A stretch of 64,000 bases of DNA from Puniceicoccaceae bacterium (GTDB lineage Bacteria; Verrucomicrobiota; Verrucomicrobiia; Opitutales; Oceanipulchritudinaceae). The DNA lies in NCBI GenBank assembly GCA_040830765.1, contig JBFOMH010000013.1, forward strand, positions 1-64,000. Reading direction: 5' to 3'. Under the pieces are notes generated by a model that saw only the letters and a program-made list of their open reading frames with translations, made no database searches and had not been told where the DNA came from. Within the stretch, counting starts at the first letter, position 1. Every line of letters begins with the position of its first letter. A program made the position numbers and the translations under genes. Below are positions 56,782-64,000 of this stretch, one piece after another.

Positions 56782-58278
56782 ATGGAAGCAAATACCGACT
56801 ACACCAAACTCCTTGAACAACTAAAGCGCCTCAACCGCCTGGGCTCGATCGGCGGTATCGTGGGATGGGACGAACAGGTGAACATGCCGCCCGAGAGCGC
56901 CCCCCTGCGGGCGGAGCAGCGCGCGGTCTTTACCGAAATCTATCACCGCGAAGCCTCCAGCTCAACCATCGGAGGGCTGATTGAACAAATCGAGGCCGTC
57001 CGGGACCAGCTGACCCCGGAGCAGGCAGCCGTCATCCGCGACGCCCGCAAGGACTACGACCGCCTGACAAAAATCCCGGCGGAATTCGCCGCCCGCAAGG
57101 CCAAGACAGAGAGCCTCGCCTTCCAGGCATGGATCAAGGCCCGGGAAGCGGATGACTATTCAGCCTTCCAGCCCCATCTGGAGGAGCAATTGCAACTGGC
57201 CAAGGAGGAAACCACCTACCTCGGGGTTGAGAATGCCTACGATTACTGGGTCGACCAGTTCGATCCGGGCATGAACTGCGCCACCATTGAGCGTCTCTTC
57301 AACGAGTTGCAGCCGGAACTGAAGGCCATCGTCGATACTATCCTGGCCTCTCCCAATCAACCGGACACGTCCATTTTCAAGGGATTCCCGGTGGACAAGC
57401 AGGAGATCTTCCTTCGCGAAGTGGTCACTGCGATGGGCTTTAATTTCAATAAGGGAAGGCTAGACACTGCTGTCCATCCATTCTGCGGCGGCCACCCGCA
57501 GGATACCCGGATGACAACCCGCTACAACGCGGACAATCCACTGGACTCCCTTTCCAGTTCCATGCACGAGACCGGGCATGCCCTTTACGAGCAGGGGCTG
57601 CGGGACGAGTACGCCGGGACTGCCCTTGGCGACTCCGTCGGCATGGCCGTCCACGAATCGCAATCGCGCATCTGGGAAAACCAGGTTGGTCGCAGCCGCG
57701 CCTTCTGGCAGCGCTGGGAGCCACGGTACCGGGAATTGTTCGGCGAGCAATTGAAGTCGGTCTCCTCGGAGGACCTCTACCGTGCGGTCAACAAGGTCGG
57801 CCTGACCCCCATTCGGGTCGACGCGGATGAAGTCACCTACAACCTCCATGTGATGATCCGGTTTGAACTCGAGAAACGCCTCTTTTCCGGAGAACTACTG
57901 ACAAAGGACCTTCCGGAGGCATGGAATGAGGCATCAACCCGCATCCTCGGCTATACCCCGAAGAACAACGCCGAAGGGTGTCTTCAGGATGTCCATTGGT
58001 CGGGCGGCATGTTCGGGTATTTCCCGTCCTACTGTCTCGGCAACATCGTGGCCGGACAACTGTGGTACACCATCCTCGATGCCATACCCGACCTCAAGGA
58101 GCAGTTTGCCGCCGGCAACTACCAGCCACTTCTCGGCTGGCTGCGGGAGAACGTCCACTCCAAGGGTCGGCGTCATTATACGCTCGAGTTCACCCGCGAA
58201 GTCACCGGGGAGGAACTATCTCCGCGTTTCCTTGTCAGATACCTCAAGGAACGCTACCTGCCTCTTTACGAAAACTAG
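56782..58278 (+). CDS. Carboxypeptidase, M32 family
   Basis: HPF, HETGH, HESQ, IRVDADE, QDVHW, YFPSY. Confidence 0.94.
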   Translation: MEANTDYTKLLEQLKRLNRLGSIGGIVGWDEQVNMPPESAPLRAEQRAVFTEIYHREASSSTIGGLIEQIEAVRDQLTPEQAAVIRDARKDYDRLTKIPAEFAARKAKTESLAFQAWIKAREADDYSAFQPHLEEQLQLAKEETTYLGVENAYDYWVDQFDPGMNCATIERLFNELQPELKAIVDTILASPNQPDTSIFKGFPVDKQEIFLREVVTAMGFNFNKGRLDTAVHPFCGGHPQDTRMTTRYNADNPLDSLSSSMHETGHALYEQGLRDEYAGTALGDSVGMAVHESQSRIWENQVGRSRAFWQRWEPRYRELFGEQLKSVSSEDLYRAVNKVGLTPIRVDADEVTYNLHVMIRFELEKRLFSGELLTKDLPEAWNEASTRILGYTPKNNAEGCLQDVHWSGGMFGYFPSYCLGNIVAGQLWYTILDAIPDLKEQFAAGNYQPLLGWLRENVHSKGRRHYTLEFTREVTGEELSPRFLVRYLKERYLPLYEN

Positions 58279-58302
58279 AAAGGCAGCGTTTTCGCCTGCT
58301 CA

Positions 58303-59694
58303 ATGAACAAAGTCGCTCTCAGTCTAATCTTGATATTGGCCGGTATTCTGCCCCTGCAGGGGGACATCCTGGTCAATACCCGTCTCAGCCCGGAAGCAAG
58401 TGTCACAAAGTCCCAGGCGCTGGAGCTGGACTTGCGGGATTTTTTCCAAGTTTACCCGGAGCCGGGTCCGGTGGCTACCTTCAATTTCCGTATGCCGGTC
58501 CAGGCCGGGCCGCGACAGCTGTCCCTTAATGACGGAGGCCAGACTTACCAAATCATGACCTACGAGCTGGAGTCAGGCGGAACCTATGACAACTTCTATG
58601 ATGTCCGGGCCACTGACTTCAAATGGGAAAGCCATTCCCTGCAATGGCAACTGCTGGCCGATGTTGCCCCTGTCACGGTCGCCAATTTCATGACCTATGC
58701 TGATTCCGGAGCCTATACGAACACAGTAATTCACCGGAGCGAGATCGACGTCCTCCAAGGCGGTGGCTGGGTTCATGACTGGGATGGCAGTTTCCCACTC
58801 GGATGGATCGAGACCAACCCACCAATTCCACTCGAGCGGACCCTGGCTAACCCAGCGGGCTCCCTCGCGATGGCCCGGCGGGCGGAGGAGAACTCCGCGA
58901 CTTCCCAGTTTTATATCAATGTGGCCGATAACAGTTCCGGCTTCGGGGACAATTACGCTGTTTTCGGGCAACTGCTTTCCCCGGCCAACGCACTGCCGGT
59001 CCTTGAGGATATGAGCAATGTCACTGTCTGGAATTACGGGGGTGCCTTTTCCGCCCTGCCCATCTATGCCGGATATCTCGAGGATGTGGATAGCTGGATG
59101 CACTTTGATTCCATAGTCGTCTCAGAGGGCAATCCGGATGGTGTCAATTACAGCTGGGAATGGATGGATACGGATGGCGATGACATCCTGACGGATGCAG
59201 AACTCAACAACCGCTCAGTATTTTCAATCTCGCTGGAGAACGGCATCCTGAAGATTGACCGCAATGATTCGGGCGACGGCCGCATCCGTATCACGGGTTC
59301 CGCCATTGGGCAGTCCAAGAGTATCGAAGTCTACCTGCTGGGCATGAATCCCGATGCCCTGTTCACCTTTCCGGAATCCAGCATCCACCGGGGAGGCTTC
59401 ATCAGCAACGACTGGTACGGGTGGATCGCCGCCGAAGACTATCCGTATATCCAGCATCTCAATCACGGGTACCAGTATGTCTGGTTCTATTATGGGGATG
59501 ATCCCAGCCAGGATGCCTGGTATTTCTATGACTTCACCATGGAGAGCTGGCTCTACACAAGACCCTCCTTCTATCCATACCTGTTTGCCTATGGCCGCGA
59601 CGCCTGGCTCTGGTACGTAATCGATACAGGGAACGGAGTGAGTGAGAAACGCTGGTTCTACGATTTCAAACTGGGCGATTGGATACAGGAATAA
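58303..59694 (+). CDS. Secreted cyclophilin-type PPIase with aromatic-rich C-terminal module, paralog 1
   Basis: APVTVANF, IHR, QGGG, GSLAMAR, SQFYIN, YAVFG. Confidence 0.82.
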   Translation: MNKVALSLILILAGILPLQGDILVNTRLSPEASVTKSQALELDLRDFFQVYPEPGPVATFNFRMPVQAGPRQLSLNDGGQTYQIMTYELESGGTYDNFYDVRATDFKWESHSLQWQLLADVAPVTVANFMTYADSGAYTNTVIHRSEIDVLQGGGWVHDWDGSFPLGWIETNPPIPLERTLANPAGSLAMARRAEENSATSQFYINVADNSSGFGDNYAVFGQLLSPANALPVLEDMSNVTVWNYGGAFSALPIYAGYLEDVDSWMHFDSIVVSEGNPDGVNYSWEWMDTDGDDILTDAELNNRSVFSISLENGILKIDRNDSGDGRIRITGSAIGQSKSIEVYLLGMNPDALFTFPESSIHRGGFISNDWYGWIAAEDYPYIQHLNHGYQYVWFYYGDDPSQDAWYFYDFTMESWLYTRPSFYPYLFAYGRDAWLWYVIDTGNGVSEKRWFYDFKLGDWIQE

Positions 59695-59780
59695 TCGTCA
59701 AGATGCCCGCCCCCGCCTCGGTTTCCGCCATTTGTCCCTTTACACCATCTGTTAAAAATTCAATAAGTCTGCCAATCACC

Positions 59781-61214
59781 ATGCGTCAGATTCTTAAATT
59801 TGCCCTTCCCCTGCTGGCTCTCTCCGGCTCTGCCAGCGCGGAAGTACTCGTCAATACCCGTCTCTATGATTCCGAGATTATCGGCAAGGACACCACTTTC
59901 CAACTCGACCTGCGGGAGTTTTTCCAGCTTTACGCTGATCCGGGCCCTGTGGCCACTTTCACGCTCTACATGCCGAACCAGTCCGGATTCAGGGAACTTG
60001 TCCGCGCCGACGGGTCGCTCCTCGAGGTAACTGAGGAAACGCCGGAAGATGACCAGTACATGACCTATGAGCTGACGGGTGGCGGAACCTACGACAATGC
60101 CTATGACGCGCGGGCCGAGGATTTTGTGTGGTCACAAACGGACATTCAGTACCAGCTGCTGGCAGATGAGGCCCCGATTACCATCGCCAATTTCCTGAGT
60201 TACCTCCGGGACGGGGTTTACGAGAACACGATTGTCCACCGCAGCGATGTCAACGTGGTCCAGGCGGGTGGCTGGTCGATCAGCGAATCCGATGATTTTC
60301 TCCTCAAGTTCATCGAGAAGCGCAGCCCCATTGTCCTTGAGCAAACCCGGGACAATACACAGGGCACGCTCGCCATGGCTCGTCAGCAGACAGCCAATAC
60401 CGCCACCTCGGAGTTCTTCATCAACCTCGAGGACAATACCGGCTTTTTCCGCAATTTCTACGCGGTCTTTGGCGAGCTCCTGAATCCGGAGACGGCCCTG
60501 CCCTTGTTGCAGCAAATGGGCGATGCCTTCGTCTATAACATCAGCCCGTTTATCCGCACAGCCCCCTTGGTCACGACCCCGTTGTATACTCCCTACTGGG
60601 ATGACAAGGACAGCTTCCTTCGCTTCCAGTCGATCAGCGTCCCGGAAGGCAATCCGGACGGTGTCAGCTACAGCTTTGAATGGGTCGATGTGGATGGTGT
60701 TGAAGGAACCAGCGAGGAAGAAGCCGCCAATCAGGCCCTCTTCAATGTTTCCATTGACGGATCCACGCTTAATATCTCCCGCTCCGGAACCGGCACTGCT
60801 CCCATTTCCATTATCGGCGAAGGTGGCGGCGATACCCGTAACTTCGAGATTTTCCTTATCGCCTTCAACCCGAGTGCACTCGAGGCTTTTCCCGCTTCGA
60901 ATATCCTCGCGGACGGCTGGCTGGAAAACTCCTGGTTCGGATTCCTCGTGGCGGACGACTTCCCCTATATCCAGCACCTGAACCACGGATTCCAGTACGT
61001 AGTCTACGTGGAGGGAGAGAGCACCCTTTCATCCACCTTCTACCTGTACGACTACCAATTGGGAAGTTGGCTCTACACAACGCCGAATACCTATCCGTTC
61101 CTCTTCTCCTATGCTCTCGATACGTGGCTCTGGTATGAGGAGGAAACCGGCAATGGCGTGGATGGGGACCGTACCTTCTTCAACTACGCAACTGGCGAAT
61201 ACATCCAGGGCTAA
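59781..61214 (+). CDS. Secreted cyclophilin-type PPIase with aromatic-rich C-terminal module, paralog 2
   Basis: APITIANF, VHR, QAGG, GTLAMAR, SEFFIN, YAVFG; collinear similarity to paralog 1. Confidence 0.82.
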   Translation: MRQILKFALPLLALSGSASAEVLVNTRLYDSEIIGKDTTFQLDLREFFQLYADPGPVATFTLYMPNQSGFRELVRADGSLLEVTEETPEDDQYMTYELTGGGTYDNAYDARAEDFVWSQTDIQYQLLADEAPITIANFLSYLRDGVYENTIVHRSDVNVVQAGGWSISESDDFLLKFIEKRSPIVLEQTRDNTQGTLAMARQQTANTATSEFFINLEDNTGFFRNFYAVFGELLNPETALPLLQQMGDAFVYNISPFIRTAPLVTTPLYTPYWDDKDSFLRFQSISVPEGNPDGVSYSFEWVDVDGVEGTSEEEAANQALFNVSIDGSTLNISRSGTGTAPISIIGEGGGDTRNFEIFLIAFNPSALEAFPASNILADGWLENSWFGFLVADDFPYIQHLNHGFQYVVYVEGESTLSSTFYLYDYQLGSWLYTTPNTYPFLFSYALDTWLWYEEETGNGVDGDRTFFNYATGEYIQG

Positions 61215-61247
61215 TAAGGCGCGACAACTGCCAGCGCTCACGTCCGA

Positions 61248-61541
61248 TCAGGAATCTTCCGGCTTCCAGCGCTGGACCTGGTTGAACTCCGCCTTGAGCA
61301 ATTCCTTCATCTCCTTTTGCAGGGATTCCGGGATTTTCTGCAACGCCTCCTGCAGCTGGAGTTGACTTGTCGAACGGTCCGCCGGGGGTCCGTCCTCAAC
61401 CGGCTTCTCTTCCGCTAAAACATCTGGCTTGGATAAACTTTCCGGGACATCGGCAGGCACTGCCTCGTCAACCCGGTTCTCGATCTCTGGCTCCTTGAGA
61501 ATGATCGGCCGGACCTCAAGCGCCCGGGGCGGAATCAGGCT
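61248..61541 (-). CDS. -1 frame C-terminal extension of DnaX (tau-like tail)
   Basis: Stop-free 97-codon frame starting at the A10 run: [10 protein letters not shown]...[21 protein letters not shown]. Confidence 0.6.
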   Translation of the reverse strand, partial: SLIPPRALEVRPIILKEPEIENRVDEAVPADVPESLSKPDVLAEEKPVEDGPPADRSTSQLQLQEALQKIPESLQKEMKELLKAEFNQVQRWKPEDS

Positions 61542-62671
61542 TTTTTTTTTCCGCTTTCCTCCGGAGCTTCCTTGAGCCCCTTCAGTTCACGGACCAGGTT
61601 GTCCAATGCCCGGACCTGGCTCGCTTCGACCGCCCGCAAGAGGGCAACCTCGAAATTGACTTTCTCCGAGAGTCCCTTCTGCAGGGCAAATTCACTCTTC
61701 TGGAGGGCATCCAGCATCCGCAGAAGGGATTCCGAGGATAGGGAAGCACCCAGCTTTTCGGAACTGCCACCATTTTGGATGGCCTCCATCAGGGCTTCGC
61801 GGACCAGCGTCTCCACATCATGCAGCACCCGGTACAAGTCCCGCCCCTCGGCGCTGAACGTCTCTACCAGTTCCACCAGTTTCGGGTAATCCCCTGACCC
61901 CATGGCGACTCCAAGCTCATGGATCCGGTCGGGTCCAACCAGGCCATAGACATCCAGCACATCAGCTTCGGAGATATTGTCCCCACAAAAGGAAATCATC
62001 TGGTCAAGGATCGACTGGGCATCGCGCATTCCCCCACTGGCCAAACGGGCGATGGAACGCAGGGCTCCCTCATCCACCTTGACCTTTTCCGACTCAGCGA
62101 TGCGGGTCAGCCGCTCAACCAGAACCTCTTCGGAAATGGGCCGGAATTCAAAGCGCTGGCATCGGGAAATGATCGTCGGGAGGACCTTTTGAGACTCCGT
62201 CGTGGCGAAGATGAACTTAACGTGCGACGGTGGTTCCTCGAGCGTCTTCAAGAGGGCATTGAAGGCGGAGGCCGAGAGCATGTGGACCTCGTCGATGATG
62301 TAGATCTTGAAGGTGCACTGCGCCGGGGCGTACTGGCATTCCTCCCGCAGGTCGCGGATCTGGTCAACCGAGTTGTTGGAGGCCCCGTCGATTTCAATCA
62401 CGTCCATGCAACTGCCGTTCATGATTGCCTGGCTGAGGTCGGAATCGTCGGAAGGAGCGATATTGGGCCCACCCTCCGCGTTGAGCGCCTTGGCAAAGAC
62501 CCGTGCAGTTGAGGTCTTGCCGGTCCCCCGTGGTCCAACAAAGAGGTAGGCATGGGCAATCCGGCCAGTCTCGATGGCATTGCTCAACGTGCGGACGATG
62601 TGGTCCTGTCCCACGATGTCCTCAAACTGCTGGGGGCGCCAGCGTCGCGCAATAACCTGGTAGTCTGCCAT
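61535..62671 (-). CDS. dnaX: DNA polymerase III subunit gamma/tau
   Basis: [41 protein letters not shown]. Confidence 0.96.
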   Translation of the reverse strand: MADYQVIARRWRPQQFEDIVGQDHIVRTLSNAIETGRIAHAYLFVGPRGTGKTSTARVFAKALNAEGGPNIAPSDDSDLSQAIMNGSCMDVIEIDGASNNSVDQIRDLREECQYAPAQCTFKIYIIDEVHMLSASAFNALLKTLEEPPSHVKFIFATTESQKVLPTIISRCQRFEFRPISEEVLVERLTRIAESEKVKVDEGALRSIARLASGGMRDAQSILDQMISFCGDNISEADVLDVYGLVGPDRIHELGVAMGSGDYPKLVELVETFSAEGRDLYRVLHDVETLVREALMEAIQNGGSSEKLGASLSSESLLRMLDALQKSEFALQKGLSEKVNFEVALLRAVEASQVRALDNLVRELKGLKEAPEESGKKKA

Positions 62672-62698
62672 TCCGGATAAACAAGAAAGTTAAAAAAG

Positions 62699-62797
62699 TG
62701 GGCCAGGCACCCTACGGCACATGCGGGTTCCGGTTACCGTTGCTGCCTTCCGGCCCTGGCGGGATTCACCACCCCACATTGCATAGGACCCGGCCCA
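62699..62797 (-). ncRNA. ffs: Signal recognition particle RNA (4.5S)
   Basis: Minus strand carries GCCAGGGCCGGAAGGCAGCA (helix 8, GGAA loop); terminal stem TGGGCCGGG/CCTGGCCCA; usual position upstream of dnaX. Confidence 0.93.
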
Positions 62798-62866
62798 TCG
62801 TGACCTTCCTGCATCGGCCCTTTCATTTCAACCCCTTTTTTCGGAAGTTTGCTCAGGTGCCATCAA

Positions 62867-62914
62867 TGTTACAGTCATGTTACAATGTTACATATAGGTT
62901 ACCAATCTGTCGCA
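62867..62914 (+). promoter_or_regulatory. Direct-repeat array, Pho-box/OmpR-family-like
   Basis: TGTTACA at 62867, 62878 and 62886; GGTTACC at 62897; TGTCGCA at 62908; mostly 11-bp period. Confidence 0.55.
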
Positions 62915-62987
62915 ATTGCGTTGACCATTAGCAGAGCTTAACCTACGTTGACGTAACATTAAGAATTAACCTCAACCATCCGATTAT

Positions 62988-63377
62988 ATGAAAACACTGG
63001 TTAAATTTCTTGTCGCTGCCGCGTTGACGCTAAGTGCTGTCAATCTTAACGCTGACCAAACTGAGCCGAAGCTGGTCGTTGGTGAATTGCCGGATTATTC
63101 CGTCTTTGCCCGCTCCCATGATGTGCAGGGAACCGTAGTTGTTGAAGCCCTCATCGATGAGGAAGGTCGCGTCTTTGCGGCGGACATCGTCGAATCCGTA
63201 CACAAGGAACTCGACAACGCGGTGCTGGCGGCGGTTACTGACTGGACTTTCGAGCCGGCCACCGAGGACGGGGAACCTGTCATGAAAGTGGTCCGGATAC
63301 CGGTCAACTTCAACCTCGTTGACCCACTCAAGGAATCTCTACGGTCCCACGATTCGGCGCTTGCGTCGAAGAAGTGA
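62988..63377 (+). CDS. Small secreted TonB C-terminal domain protein
   Basis: Signal peptide; PDY...AR...QGTVVVEALIDEEG, LDNA.L.AV..W.FEPA. Confidence 0.85.
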   Translation: MKTLVKFLVAAALTLSAVNLNADQTEPKLVVGELPDYSVFARSHDVQGTVVVEALIDEEGRVFAADIVESVHKELDNAVLAAVTDWTFEPATEDGEPVMKVVRIPVNFNLVDPLKESLRSHDSALASKK

Positions 63378-63410
63378 AGGCTGTTAGGAACAAAAATATA
63401 TAATCGGAGG

Positions 63411-63438
63411 CGGTGTTCCGGCAACGGAACACCGTTTT
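63411..63438 (+). terminator. Rho-independent terminator
   Basis: CGGTGTTCCG-GCAA-CGGAACACCG followed by TTTT. Confidence 0.85.
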
Positions 63439-63481
63439 CTGTTTCAAAAAGGGAAACAGAGGCTCGGGCAACCCGGGTTGC

Positions 63482-63994
63482 CTACTGGTGCTTGAAAGCG
63501 ACCTCAACCATCAGGTCGCTGGCGAGATTCTCAAGGTTGGCCTGAAGGGCATCAAGGGAGACTCCTTCCGGAATGCGAAGACTGGCCCTGGCCTCAAAAA
63601 CAGGCGTTCCGGACCAGGGAGCCGCCTGTAATCCAGTACTCAATTCCTCCACGTTGACACCGCTTTCGCGGAAAGCACTGAAGATAGCATGGACGATTCC
63701 CGGATGGTCCTGACCGGAGAGCTCAAGGCGGGCTGCTGCACCCTTTGACTCGCCGGGTATCAGTTCGGCGGGCTGAATGGCAAATTGGAATCCAGCTCCC
63801 TTGAGGAAGGCCTCCACTTCATCGCCGAACGACGCCAAGGCACCCTCCGGAATGGAAATGCGGAGGATTCCCGAGAAGTAACCACCGAGCCGAATCATCC
63901 GGCTATCCAACCAGTTACCCCCGCGGGCCTCCACGATGGCAGCAATACGGGCAACGATTCCGGTGGCATCCGGACCAATCAAGGTGAGCATCAC
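63482..63994 (-). CDS. GcvR-like double-ACT-domain protein (start may lie at or beyond the window edge)
   Basis: GPD.TGIV..GGNWLDSRM..LGG.F; GQDHPGIV..VNVEEL. Confidence 0.85.
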   Translation of the reverse strand: MMLTLIGPDATGIVARIAAIVEARGGNWLDSRMIRLGGYFSGILRISIPEGALASFGDEVEAFLKGAGFQFAIQPAELIPGESKGAAARLELSGQDHPGIVHAIFSAFRESGVNVEELSTGLQAAPWSGTPVFEARASLRIPEGVSLDALQANLENLASDLMVEVAFKHQ

Positions 63995-64000
63995 ATCCTT

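Noticed and set aside
1831..62512. Many long antisense or alternate-frame ORFs (for example 2315-3472, 5812-6843, 11403-12497, 14301-15566, 54954-56051)
   Set aside because: These are shadow ORFs typical of GC-rich coding DNA, lying opposite genes with clear family motifs.

Overview
Bacterial chromosomal window, probably Verrucomicrobiota (Opitutia-like). This placement is inferred from the secreted-protein C-terminal motifs and gene content, not from a marker gene. Positions 1-33.1 kb hold tRNA-Lys and tRNA-Thr, followed by a ~33 kb accessory region devoted to organophosphorus and ester scavenging, with no integrase. The region ends at a repeat of the tRNA-Thr 3' half, which itself folds into a full tRNA-like cloverleaf with a compensated acceptor stem. 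Its most novel part (275-7886) is a co-oriented cluster: an HpnZ-like Zn alcohol dehydrogenase, a GlpT/UhpT-family MFS transporter, an RpiR regulator, two overlapping citrate-synthase/citryl-CoA-lyase-fold genes with rewired active sites, a SauS-like CoA-acylating aldehyde dehydrogenase and a HAD hydrolase. This is a candidate undescribed CoA-dependent route for C2 phosphonate (or sulfonate) catabolism. The rest of the island encodes GlpF, PhoD, GlpT, a glycerophosphodiester phosphodiesterase, GlpD, several secreted esterases, a TonB-dependent receptor and a sulfatase. Positions 34.5-64 kb are mostly core genes: tRNA-Pro, pfkA, asd, sdaA, ABC-F, opp operon, HisJ-like PHP, an NSS transporter with an unannotated small partner ORF, M32 peptidase, two cyclophilins, dnaX with an A10 slippery site and -1 frame extension, SRP RNA and a TonB C-terminal protein. 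All functional calls come from motif recognition by eye; no database searches were run.
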